From positions 713-64,712 of the forward strand of contig DYIF01000005.1 of the NCBI GenBank assembly GCA_020723765.1: a stretch of 64,000 bases of DNA, given 5' to 3'. Below, piece by piece: positions 28,197-37,612 of the stretch. A program made the translations under genes and the position numbers. Numbering within the stretch: the stretch's first letter is position 1; each line of letters opens with the position of its first letter. The notes under the pieces are model-generated. The model saw only the letters and a list, made by a program, of their open reading frames with translations. It made no database searches and had not been told where the DNA came from. Source of the stretch: Elusimicrobium minutum (GTDB lineage Bacteria > Elusimicrobiota > Elusimicrobia > Elusimicrobiales > UBA9959).

Positions 28197-29849
28197 ATGC
28201 TTGAGGGATTCTTAACAGACATAGCCATGTCCATAATTTTAAGCGGCATTATGGCCATAATAATGATGAGCATAAAACAGCCGCTTATTATAGGCTACAT
28301 AATAGCCGGCGTAATTCTGGGGCCGGGAATGGGTTTTGGAATAGTCCAAAACCAGGAAAACATAGAACTGATATCCGAAATAGGATTGATATTCCTCCTT
28401 TTCATAATAGGGCTTGAAATAAACCTAAAAGATATGATATCGAGCGGCAAAAGAATACTTTTGCTTACGCTTTCTCAGGTTATAATAGGCTGCTTAATAA
28501 GCTTTTTTTCTATAAAATATTTTTTAAACGGGAGTTTTACTCTGCTTGAAACGATATACCTGACTTTCTGCATAAACCTGACTTCGACTCTTATCGTTGT
28601 CAAAATTTTAAAAGACAAATTCGAAACTCAAACCCTGGCCGCAAAACTTACCATAGGGATTCTCATATTCCAGGATTTTTTTGCGATAATGTTTTTGGCT
28701 TTTCAAAAAGATTTTTTGCATCCTCAATACTCTCTGTTTTTAAAATCCTTTTTTTATACGCTTCTTCTGCTTTTTATCTCGTTTAATTTTTCAAGATACG
28801 TTTTTTCCAAAATCATACACTCAAACTCTAAAAGCGTAGAGTTTGTAATAATACTTTCGGTCGCTTATTGTTTTCTGGTCTCGACGGTAGCCAATCTTCT
28901 CGGACTATCCAAAGAAATGGGAGCTTTAATAGCCGGAATATCGATAGCCAACTCCCCATACAGCGAAGAGATAGTGGTAAGGATATCTTCGGTAAGAGAT
29001 TTCTTCGTAACGCTTTTCTTCGTCTCACTCGGCCTAAAACTGCCCCAAATAAGCGCAAATACTCTTTTGTTTTCTTTCATAATAATGATAATAATACTCT
29101 TATCGAGATTCTTATCGATACTTCCTTACTACAAAATCATGAAACTGGGGATAAGGCCTCTCTTTATAACATCTCTTAACCTTTTCCCGGTAAGCGAATT
29201 TTCTCTGGTTATAACCGCTCTGGGACTCGGATACTCTCATATATCGAAGGATGTGGTAACGCTCGTTTTAATCACCATGATTTTATCTTCCGTAATATCC
29301 ACATATCTTATTAATTACAATCATCGCATCTATTCTTTATTGGCCGGAATATTTAAATTAGACGCTATGGACGAAGCGTTGTCGGAAAACGAGGAAAAGA
29401 CCGACATATTGATACTCGGTTATAACAGAATAACTTACGAACTTGTAAAAAATCTGAAAGAAAAAAACCCTCTAATGAAAATACTGGTCGCGGATTTCAA
29501 CGCGGGAAACTCCCAGACCATAAAAATGTTGGGCGGAAAATGGATATACGCGGATCTGTCAAATTACCAATCTTTATCGAAACTTGAAAAACACGACCCG
29601 TCGATCATAATATCTCCACTTTCCAATATCATACTAAAAGGCACAAACACAAATCAGCTTTTACTTAACATAAAATCCATTTTCCCCAAATCATCCTTAA
29701 TATTCACCGCCGATTCCGAGGAAGAGTACGAAAAACTTACAAATTTAGGCGCAAAAGCCGTAAACATATCGAAAATATCTTCTCAGAAAATATCGAGAGA
29801 AATAACCTATATCGCGAGAAAATTGACTAATCCGCAACGGACCATATAA
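28197..29849 (+). CDS. Kef-type cation:proton antiporter (CPA2) with C-terminal TrkA-N-like domain
   Basis: 550 aa. About 12 TM helices of the Na_H_exchanger type (GYIIAGVILGP...), then a soluble domain beginning DILILGYNRITYEL. Confidence 0.85.
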   Translation: MLEGFLTDIAMSIILSGIMAIIMMSIKQPLIIGYIIAGVILGPGMGFGIVQNQENIELISEIGLIFLLFIIGLEINLKDMISSGKRILLLTLSQVIIGCLISFFSIKYFLNGSFTLLETIYLTFCINLTSTLIVVKILKDKFETQTLAAKLTIGILIFQDFFAIMFLAFQKDFLHPQYSLFLKSFFYTLLLLFISFNFSRYVFSKIIHSNSKSVEFVIILSVAYCFLVSTVANLLGLSKEMGALIAGISIANSPYSEEIVVRISSVRDFFVTLFFVSLGLKLPQISANTLLFSFIIMIIILLSRFLSILPYYKIMKLGIRPLFITSLNLFPVSEFSLVITALGLGYSHISKDVVTLVLITMILSSVISTYLINYNHRIYSLLAGIFKLDAMDEALSENEEKTDILILGYNRITYELVKNLKEKNPLMKILVADFNAGNSQTIKMLGGKWIYADLSNYQSLSKLEKHDPSIIISPLSNIILKGTNTNQLLLNIKSIFPKSSLIFTADSEEEYEKLTNLGAKAVNISKISSQKISREITYIARKLTNPQRTI

Positions 29850-30987
29850 CTTTAAGATACTCGCCTTCCGGATAATTAACCGAAAAAGGGTGGTCTATGG
29901 AAGCTCCGGTTTTTTTAAATATCTTTACGAGTTTTTTAGATATGGAAGCGGATTTTTTTATTACGCCGACAAACTCGTCCATTGAAAGCATACCGCTACA
30001 GGAACAACTTACGAATACCCCGCCCGGTTTAACGAGTTTCAAAGCCAGTTTATTCAAATCTATATATTTTATTACCCCTTCCTCTTTGTTTTCTCTCGAG
30101 GTTATCAATTTATTTGGATCTAAAATAACTATATCGTATAACTTAGAATTTTCGATCATCTGCCTCATATAAGTAAAAGCGTCGGACCTTACCGCGTTTA
30201 TTCTTAAATTGTTTAAATTGGCGTTCCTTTTAACTTGAGAAACGGCCCATTCGTCCAAGTCCACGCATGTAACCTCTTTTGCTCCGTATCTTTTTGCGTA
30301 AATACCAAACCCGCCGGTATAAGAAAAAAGGTCCAAAACATCTTTACCCTCTACAAAATTCGTGAGATATTTTCTATTTTCCCTCTGGTCGCAAAAAAAA
30401 CCGGTTTTATAACCCTCTCCGATAACCACCTCGAAAATCACATTGTTTTCTTTTATTTTAACTTTCTTTTTCACTCCTTCTTCCAGCTCAAACCCTTCCA
30501 TAGTCTGAGTGTAACCGCTTGAGGTAAAAAAAACCTCCGCGCCGTTTAACGACTTCGATACTATATCTCTTATCTCGTCCATCAGAAGATAATAACCGTA
30601 CGAATAAATTTCCACAACCGCCGATTCGCCGAAGACATCTATCGTCAATCCGTTTAAACCGTCCCCCCAGTCGTGAACGAGCCTGTAAGCGTTTGTAAAA
30701 TCCGAAGGTATATTAAACATCTTTCTAAAATCGACGGCCTTAATCAAACTCTTTTGGATATAATCTCTTATATCGAAATCCTCGGAAAAATCTCTCGTTA
30801 TGGTTCTAAAAGTTATCGCGCTTTTCGGATTATAAAAAGCGTAGCCGAAAAATTCGCCGTTTTTATTTTTAATTTTTACTATCTCCCCCCTATTAAGACC
30901 GTCGGGGATATCTCCGACCATTCTTTTATATATTATCGGCCCTTTGGGCGGATATGAAAGCGTAACTTCTTTAAACTTTTTGCCCAT
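29827..30987 (-). CDS. rlmI: class I SAM-dependent rRNA (cytosine-C5) methyltransferase, RlmI-like with PUA-like N-domain
   Basis: 386 aa. SAM motif VLDLFSYTGGFGIYA, LDPNK, and catalytic-Cys context VSCSCSG. Confidence 0.75.
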   Translation of the reverse strand: MGKKFKEVTLSYPPKGPIIYKRMVGDIPDGLNRGEIVKIKNKNGEFFGYAFYNPKSAITFRTITRDFSEDFDIRDYIQKSLIKAVDFRKMFNIPSDFTNAYRLVHDWGDGLNGLTIDVFGESAVVEIYSYGYYLLMDEIRDIVSKSLNGAEVFFTSSGYTQTMEGFELEEGVKKKVKIKENNVIFEVVIGEGYKTGFFCDQRENRKYLTNFVEGKDVLDLFSYTGGFGIYAKRYGAKEVTCVDLDEWAVSQVKRNANLNNLRINAVRSDAFTYMRQMIENSKLYDIVILDPNKLITSRENKEEGVIKYIDLNKLALKLVKPGGVFVSCSCSGMLSMDEFVGVIKKSASISKKLVKIFKKTGASIDHPFSVNYPEGEYLKVIWSVAD

Positions 30988-30988
30988 A

Positions 30989-32107
30989 TTATCTCTTATA
31001 AGGGAACATATTGCATATTGAATTTTTACCGCATAAACCGCTTTCGATATACCTGTCCCTTCTTATAAAAGCAAGGGCCACTATTCTTCTTATCTGCTCC
31101 TTGAGTTCCATCCCCGAGTTTTTAAAAAGCGAAGGGAAAAGACTATGAGAAGTAAAACCGGGTATAGTATTTATCTCGCAAAAATAAACTTTATCGTTTT
31201 TTGGCTCCATCAAAAAATCCACTCTTGCAAATCCGTAGCATCCGAAGGCTTTAAAAATAGTTCCGGTATAGTTTTGTATTTTCTTCTCCAAAGATTTTTT
31301 TATTCCGGCGGGAATTTTAAGCTCCATACCGTTATCGTCCAAGTACTTTGCGTTATAGTCGTAAAACTCATGTTTCCCTTTAACCACCACTTCTCCGCAA
31401 ACCGACACATCCAGAACCTCGTCGTTTCCTATTATGCCGCAAACTATTTCTCTGGCCCTGTCTATTCCCTTTTCTACCATAATCTCATAATCGTATTTAA
31501 AGGCGTTTCTTATCGCTTTTAGAAGCTCTTTATCGGTTTTAACCTTGCTCACTCCCACGGAAGAGCCCAAAGAAACTGGCTTTACAAAAACCGGAAAACC
31601 CAATTTTATTATTTTTTTTATAACTTCGTCTTTGTTTTTTTCGAAATAGTTTTTAGTAAAAGTTACGTCCTCGAGAACCGGAACTCCGTTTATCCGGGCT
31701 ATAGTTTTGGATAATTTTTTATTCATGGAAAGTGCCGAAGACAAAACGTCGCAACCGGTATATGCCATGCCGACGGTTTCAAAAAAACCCTGAAGCTTTC
31801 CGTCTTCCCCGACGTTTCCGTGAATCATGGAAAAACCGATATCAGCTTTAAAACTTCCTTTATCGGTAACGAAAACCTTTTTAGTAAAATCGTACTTAAT
31901 ACCGGATATCTTTTTTATCTTTGACAAATCGTTTTCGGTAAGATGCCATCTGCCGGTTTTATCTACATAAATAGGATAAACCCTAATCTCGGATTTTTTC
32001 TTAAACAAAGCCAGAACATTTTTGGCCGATTCTATGGAAACCTCATGTTCGACGGAATTTCCCCCGTAGAAAAAAACCATATTTAATCTGCAAGCTTTTA
32101 ATTTCAT
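30989..32107 (-). CDS. ddl: D-alanine--D-alanine ligase
   Basis: 372-aa ORF; Met10 is possibly the true start. FFYGGNSVEHEVSIESA, ATP-grasp segments FVKPVSLGSSVGVSKV and EINTIPGFT. Confidence 0.9.
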   Translation of the reverse strand: MKLKACRLNMVFFYGGNSVEHEVSIESAKNVLALFKKKSEIRVYPIYVDKTGRWHLTENDLSKIKKISGIKYDFTKKVFVTDKGSFKADIGFSMIHGNVGEDGKLQGFFETVGMAYTGCDVLSSALSMNKKLSKTIARINGVPVLEDVTFTKNYFEKNKDEVIKKIIKLGFPVFVKPVSLGSSVGVSKVKTDKELLKAIRNAFKYDYEIMVEKGIDRAREIVCGIIGNDEVLDVSVCGEVVVKGKHEFYDYNAKYLDDNGMELKIPAGIKKSLEKKIQNYTGTIFKAFGCYGFARVDFLMEPKNDKVYFCEINTIPGFTSHSLFPSLFKNSGMELKEQIRRIVALAFIRRDRYIESGLCGKNSICNMFPYKR

Positions 32108-32123
32108 CTTTCCTCCTCAAAAT

Positions 32124-33179
32124 TTAAAACGCTTCGACTATCGCTCCGCCGCCCATAACTCTATCGCCGTCGTAAAAAACGGCGGACTGCCCCGGAGTCA
32201 AAGCAAACTGCGGCTCGTCGAAAACAAACTCCGCATCCTTATCTTTATATTCTATAATACCGCGGGCCGGTTTATGACGATATCTTATCTGGGCAAAAAG
32301 CACCTCTCCGCTTTCCGGCGTTTTAGAAGACAGCCAGTTGATATCTTTTATTAAAATTTTACGGAAATAACAATCCTTCAAAACCCCTAAAGTAACCTCG
32401 TTTTTCAAAGGATTTATTTTAACCACATACATCCTTTCTTTACCGCTTACTCCAAGCCCTTTCCTCTGGCCAACGGTATATTTAAAATAACCGGAATGAG
32501 TTCCTATTATTTTACCGTCCATATCCTTAAAGTATCCCTGCAAATTGCGAACATAACCGTTTTTTTTAAGCCACAACGCATAATCCCCTTCCGGAACAAA
32601 GCATATGTCTTTGCTCTCTTTATTGATATCCAGAGGAATGCCGTTTTTTTTAGCTATTTCCTTAACCTCGTTTTTTTTCATACGACCTAACGGAAACAAC
32701 ATATCTTTTAAAAACTCTTTTTTTATGGGATACAAAAAATAACTCTGGTCTTTCGTATCGTCTATTCCTCTTTTTAAAACATACTCATCTCCTTTTTTTT
32801 CCACTATCGCGTAATGTCCGGTGGCTAACTTCGACGCCCCCAAAGATTTGGCTATTTTAAAAAGATAATCGAATTTTAAGAAACGATTGCACTCCACGCA
32901 GGGGTTTGGAGTAAAACCTTTTAAGTAATCGGATGCGAATTTGTCTATTACTTTTTCGTTAAAAACTTTTACGGCGTTTTTAACGTAATATCTTATTCCC
33001 AAATGATTGCATATCCTTTTAAATTTTTCGACGGAATCTTCGGAACCGCAGCATTTTATATTTTTACCGGAAAAAAGATTAAGAGTAACTCCGACGACAT
33101 CGTAGCCGGATTTTTTCAACAAAAAAGCGGATACCGAAGAATCTATCCCACCGCTCATGGCCACTACAACCTTTTCCAT
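32124..33179 (-). CDS. mnmA: tRNA 2-thiouridine(34) synthase MnmA
   Basis: 351 aa. PP-loop VVAMSGGIDSSVSA, catalytic Cys contexts NPCVECNR and KDICF. Confidence 0.95.
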   Translation of the reverse strand: MEKVVVAMSGGIDSSVSAFLLKKSGYDVVGVTLNLFSGKNIKCCGSEDSVEKFKRICNHLGIRYYVKNAVKVFNEKVIDKFASDYLKGFTPNPCVECNRFLKFDYLFKIAKSLGASKLATGHYAIVEKKGDEYVLKRGIDDTKDQSYFLYPIKKEFLKDMLFPLGRMKKNEVKEIAKKNGIPLDINKESKDICFVPEGDYALWLKKNGYVRNLQGYFKDMDGKIIGTHSGYFKYTVGQRKGLGVSGKERMYVVKINPLKNEVTLGVLKDCYFRKILIKDINWLSSKTPESGEVLFAQIRYRHKPARGIIEYKDKDAEFVFDEPQFALTPGQSAVFYDGDRVMGGGAIVEAF

Positions 33180-33270
33180 AATTAAATTTTATAATAATTA
33201 CGTTCTCTATTATACCGCTTTATGCCGTGTTTTTCGCAAATTTAATTAAAGGGAATAAATTGATAAGTTT

Positions 33271-34281
33271 TTAATCCTTTATCAATTTGAGCTTATTTTT
33301 AACGAGGTCTATGAATCTATAATCGTCCAGCATCGATTTGAAAGAAGGGTCGTTATAAGGATTTGCCAGCCTTTCGCCCTTTAAAAGTTTATCTTTGTTT
33401 TTAAAAGCAAGCTCCAGATCGGACAGCGCCTTTTCTCGCTCCCCCATCTCGGCGTATGTCGCGGCCCTGTTATAATAGAAAGTGGGATAATCAGGAAATC
33501 TTTCAAGCCCCATATTAAATTTCAATAGCGCGGCTTTATAATCCCCGCTTATTCCGTAGGCCATTCCCAAATTATCTATTGCGGCTATCAAGAAAGGTTT
33601 TGTAAGTTTCTTTTCTTTTTTATCCGATTCCAGGGCTTTTTCGTAGTAATTTATGGCGTTTTTAAAATCTTTGGAATAAAAAAATACGTTTCCAAACTGA
33701 AAATAATCGTAAATGTTTTGATTATACGGAGAAACGGTTTTAATCGAATCTATTATTTTATTCAAAAAAACGGAATCGCCTTTTCTAAAAAGCGTTTTTG
33801 AAATATGGACATCCACGCAATACCCATCGGCGAATATGAAAGCGTTAACGTTCTTGCTTATTTTGCTCCTGTCGTTTTCATATAAAAAAACGTCCCTTTG
33901 AACCACAAACATATTTTTATATTTTTTTTCGTATAAATTATCGTAAGGCAAAGGAAGTTTTTTTATTCTTTCCAGATAATAATTTTTGCACCCCTCGTTG
34001 TCTTTTATCGCTTCTATGGGTTTTGGCTCTATGAAAACGGTAACATAAACGGCGTCGGCTCCCGATTTTTTATACGCGCTTATATTCCTTTTTTCTTTCT
34101 TTTTATCTATGACGTCTTTTATTATCGAAAAACCGTTTTCGTAAAAAGGAATATAAATACCCCAGTTCTTTTCGGGAATTGAAAAGTTATTATAAATATG
34201 TTTTTTTACGCTCTCGTCGTTTTGAGAATATAAAATTTTGGAAATAAAAAAGCAACTTATTACGATTAGTTTACTTTTCAT
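33271..34281 (-). CDS. secreted TPR-repeat protein, unknown function
   Basis: 336 aa. Signal peptide and C-terminal TPR-like repeats (AINYYEKALESD..., AALLKFNMGLERFPDYPTFYYNRAATYAEMGEREKAL). Confidence 0.6.
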   Translation of the reverse strand: MKSKLIVISCFFISKILYSQNDESVKKHIYNNFSIPEKNWGIYIPFYENGFSIIKDVIDKKKEKRNISAYKKSGADAVYVTVFIEPKPIEAIKDNEGCKNYYLERIKKLPLPYDNLYEKKYKNMFVVQRDVFLYENDRSKISKNVNAFIFADGYCVDVHISKTLFRKGDSVFLNKIIDSIKTVSPYNQNIYDYFQFGNVFFYSKDFKNAINYYEKALESDKKEKKLTKPFLIAAIDNLGMAYGISGDYKAALLKFNMGLERFPDYPTFYYNRAATYAEMGEREKALSDLELAFKNKDKLLKGERLANPYNDPSFKSMLDDYRFIDLVKNKLKLIKD

Positions 34282-35531
34282 AACAAACCTATGTCCTTTC
34301 TATAATGCATACCCCTGAAATTTATCCTGGATATATTTTCATAAACCTTCTTTCTGGCTAACTCCATAGTATCAGCGTATCCCACCAGATTCAAAACCCT
34401 TCCGCCGTTTGTAAAATACCTGCCGTTTTCATACCTAACTCCGGCGTAATATACGTCCAGATCAGGGTCTATTTTATCAAGCCCGAATATCTCGTCTCCT
34501 TTTACCGGATTTTCGGGATAGCCTTCGGCGGATAACACGACGCAAACGGAGTTTTGTTTTTTTATCTTTATGCTCGTACGTTTTATCTCCCCCGAAGCCG
34601 TTTCGTCGAATATATCCACTATATCATCGTCTATCAAACCCAAAACCGCTTGAGTCTCCGGGTCTCCAAATCTTACGTTAAATTCCAAAACCTTCGGCCC
34701 ATCATCGGTCAACATAATTCCGAAATATATGACTCCTCTATAATCTATCCTTTCTCTTATCACCGCCTCCATAAAACGCCATATGATATCTTCTTCTATG
34801 CGTCTAAGCGTTTCTTTATCCGCCTCGACCGGCGCCACCGCTCCCATACCGCCGGTATTTGGGCCCTCGTTATCGTCTTTAAGCCTTTTATGGTCTCTTG
34901 AAAGCGGCATCATAAGATATTTTTTTCCGTCAACAAAACACATAACCGAACATTCTTTACCGCTAAGATATTCCTCAACTATAATCTTCATACCGGAAGA
35001 GCCGAAAATCCTTTTTTCCATAAAATCTTCAACCGCTTTAACCGCCTCGTCCAAATCGTTGCAAACTCTCACCCCTTTTCCCGAGCATAACCCGTCCGCT
35101 TTTATTACTACCGGGAATTTGGTCAATCCGTTTATATACTCTTTCGCGTAATTAGAGTCGTAAAATATTTTAAATTCGGCCGTAGGAATGTAGTTTCTAA
35201 ACATAAACTCTTTGGCCACCTGCTTTGAAGACTCCAAAACCGCTCCTTTCAGTTTCGGCCCGAAAACTTTTATTCCCTTCGAAACCAAATAATCCGAAAC
35301 GCCTCGAGATAAAGGATCCTCCGGACCTACAACGACAAGCTCTATTTTTTTATCTTCGCATAATTTTGAAATCCCTTCAAAATCGTTGGGGTTGATATCT
35401 AAGTTTTCGCTAAATTTTTCAAAGACGGAGTTTTTAGGCAGAGTATACAAATTGTTAAGCTTTTGACTCTGTTTTATTTTAAGACATATGGCGTTTTCTC
35501 TTCCGCCGCTTCCGATCACAAGAATATTCAT
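34278..35531 (-). CDS. purD: phosphoribosylamine--glycine ligase
   Basis: The ORF track runs to 35603 from an alternative start that overlaps the purF 3' end. The likely start is Met25 (35531): MNILVIGSGGRENA. It has an ATP-grasp fold, and GGMGAVAP is present. Confidence 0.95.
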   Translation of the reverse strand: MNILVIGSGGRENAICLKIKQSQKLNNLYTLPKNSVFEKFSENLDINPNDFEGISKLCEDKKIELVVVGPEDPLSRGVSDYLVSKGIKVFGPKLKGAVLESSKQVAKEFMFRNYIPTAEFKIFYDSNYAKEYINGLTKFPVVIKADGLCSGKGVRVCNDLDEAVKAVEDFMEKRIFGSSGMKIIVEEYLSGKECSVMCFVDGKKYLMMPLSRDHKRLKDDNEGPNTGGMGAVAPVEADKETLRRIEEDIIWRFMEAVIRERIDYRGVIYFGIMLTDDGPKVLEFNVRFGDPETQAVLGLIDDDIVDIFDETASGEIKRTSIKIKKQNSVCVVLSAEGYPENPVKGDEIFGLDKIDPDLDVYYAGVRYENGRYFTNGGRVLNLVGYADTMELARKKVYENISRINFRGMHYRKDIGLL

Positions 35532-35541
35532 AAACCCTCTC

Positions 35542-36879
35542 TTAAAGAATAGGATAGTCTCTATCGAAACAGGCCGTACAAAAATTTTTATCCCCGTTTC
35601 CACAGGCCTTAACGAGACTTTTTAAACTTATATAATAAAGTTTGTCCGCGCCTATAAAATCTCTTATTTCTTCCAAATTCATTCTATTGGCTATAAGCTC
35701 TTTTTTAGTCGGGGTATCTATTCCGTAAAAACAAGAGCCCCTGATAGGGGGGCTTGCTATTAAAAGATATACTTTTTTAGCTCCAGCTTTTTTTAACTTG
35801 CCGACTATTTTTCTGGATGTCGTTCCTCTTACAAGCGAATCGTCTATAAGTATTATTTTTTTGCCTTTTATAAAATCTTTAATGGGAGCCAATTTTAAAT
35901 CCGCTATAAATTCTCTCAAAGATTGTTGAGGCTGCAAAAAAGAGCGCGGGGCGTAATGGTTTTTCATAAAAACAGGCATATAATTTATACCGGATTCTTT
36001 CGAAAAACCGAGAGCGTAGGAGGTGCCAGAGTCCGGAACTCCGCTTACTATATCGGCGTCGGATTTTCCAAACTCTGCGGCTAAGAGTTTTCCTATCTCG
36101 TATCTCGTCATAGCCACCGTTTTGTCTAAAACGACGGAGTCCGGCCTTGCGAAATACACCTGTTCGAATATGCATCTGTGGAACTTGTCCGGTTTTGAAT
36201 ATTTCGTTTTCTTTATTTTACCGTTTGAAGCTACCGCTATCTCTCCCGGCTCCACCTCCCCTATAAAATCGTAACCCGTGGAATCTAAAGCGGTCGTTTC
36301 CGAAGCGAAAGCGAAGGATTTGCCTTTTCTGCCTATTACAAGCGGTCTAAACCCCCAGGGGTCTCTCGCGGCTATTATTTTATTTTCAACCAAAAAAACA
36401 AAAGAAAAAGCTCCTTTTAATTTAGATAACCCTTCCGATAAAGCCTCTATAAAATTATTTTTATTGGAGCGAGAAATAAGATGAACGATTATCTCGCTGT
36501 CCGTGGTTGTTTGAAATATGGAACCCGTTCTGGATAGTTCCCGTTTTAACTCATTAGAATTTATTATGTTTCCGTTATGAGCGACCGCAACCTCTCCGAA
36601 TCTCGTATTTAAAAAAAGCGGTTGAGCGTTAGATATTGTGGAAGAGCCGGTTGTGGAGTATCTTACATGACCTATGGCAAAATCCCCGGAAAGGTTAGAA
36701 ATCAAATCCCTGTTAAAAACCTCCTGAACAAGCCCCATTCCGTTATAATATTTAAAACCTTTTTTTCCCCAGCTTACTATTCCGCAGGACTCCTGTCCCC
36801 TGTGTTGAAGCGAATATAAAGCTATATAAGTTAAGAAGCTCGAATCTTTATTGTCGGTTACTCCGAAAATTCCGCACAT
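35542..36879 (-). CDS. purF: amidophosphoribosyltransferase
   Basis: 445 aa. N-terminal nucleophile MCGIFG and PRTase motif IILIDDSLVRGTT. A C-terminal Cys cluster is consistent with the Fe-S type. Confidence 0.95.
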   Translation of the reverse strand: MCGIFGVTDNKDSSFLTYIALYSLQHRGQESCGIVSWGKKGFKYYNGMGLVQEVFNRDLISNLSGDFAIGHVRYSTTGSSTISNAQPLFLNTRFGEVAVAHNGNIINSNELKRELSRTGSIFQTTTDSEIIVHLISRSNKNNFIEALSEGLSKLKGAFSFVFLVENKIIAARDPWGFRPLVIGRKGKSFAFASETTALDSTGYDFIGEVEPGEIAVASNGKIKKTKYSKPDKFHRCIFEQVYFARPDSVVLDKTVAMTRYEIGKLLAAEFGKSDADIVSGVPDSGTSYALGFSKESGINYMPVFMKNHYAPRSFLQPQQSLREFIADLKLAPIKDFIKGKKIILIDDSLVRGTTSRKIVGKLKKAGAKKVYLLIASPPIRGSCFYGIDTPTKKELIANRMNLEEIRDFIGADKLYYISLKSLVKACGNGDKNFCTACFDRDYPIL

Positions 36880-36883
36880 AAGC

Positions 36884-37612
36884 TTATTTTACATAATCGA
36901 CCGCATTTTTAAAAAAATAATAACCGATTCCGGTTTTGTTGGAGCTTTTTGAAGGAGAAAGGTATGAGAAAAAAGCCCTTTCCGGATGAGGCATAAGTCC
37001 GAAAACATTACCGTATTCGTTGGTAATTCCGGCTATATCCTCGTATGAACCGTTTGGGTTATCCATATAAGTCAAAGCGTCCAATTTTTTGTCGGTTATT
37101 TCTTTTAAAACCTTTTCATCCGCCACAAACTTCCCCTCTCCGTGAGCTATGGGCAGATAAAACTCCGAGTTTATCCCTCTGGTAAATATGCACGGGCTTT
37201 CTTTGTTTATTTTAACTCTCACCCATTTGCATACGAACCTTCCGATATCGTTTAGATAAAGTGTGGCTTTCTGTTTTAAATCCGGATGATAAGGCAAAAA
37301 ACCGGTCTTTATTAAAACCTGAAAACCGTTACATATTCCTATAATCGGTTTTTTCTTTTTCACAAATTCGTCGAAATCCTTTTTTAGGCTTTTTATCCTT
37401 AAAGCGAAAATCTTACCGGCGGATATATCGTCGCCGAACGAAAAACCGCCCGGCAAAGCGATTATATCGTAATCGGATAATTTCCTGATCCCTTTGACAA
37501 GCTCGTTTATATGAACCGAATCGACTTTTCCTCCCACATAATCGAACGCTTTTTCGGTTTCAAGATTGCAATTTGTGCCCGAGGCTCTTAAAACTATTAC
37601 TTTAGGTTTCAT
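36884..37612 (-). CDS. purQ: phosphoribosylformylglycinamidine synthase subunit PurQ (glutaminase)
   Basis: The ORF track runs to 37630. Met7 (37612) forms an ATGA overlap with the purL stop. Motifs: GICNGFQVL (Cys nucleophile) and MPHPER. Confidence 0.9.
   Translation of the reverse strand: MKPKVIVLRASGTNCNLETEKAFDYVGGKVDSVHINELVKGIRKLSDYDIIALPGGFSFGDDISAGKIFALRIKSLKKDFDEFVKKKKPIIGICNGFQVLIKTGFLPYHPDLKQKATLYLNDIGRFVCKWVRVKINKESPCIFTRGINSEFYLPIAHGEGKFVADEKVLKEITDKKLDALTYMDNPNGSYEDIAGITNEYGNVFGLMPHPERAFFSYLSPSKSSNKTGIGYYFFKNAVDYVK

Noticed and set aside
35532-35603. 24-codon N-terminal extension of purD in the ORF track (METGIKIFVRPV...)
   Set aside because: It starts at a non-ATG codon, overlaps the 3' end of purF and precedes the canonical MNILVIGSGGRE N-terminus. 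The internal ATG is the credible start.
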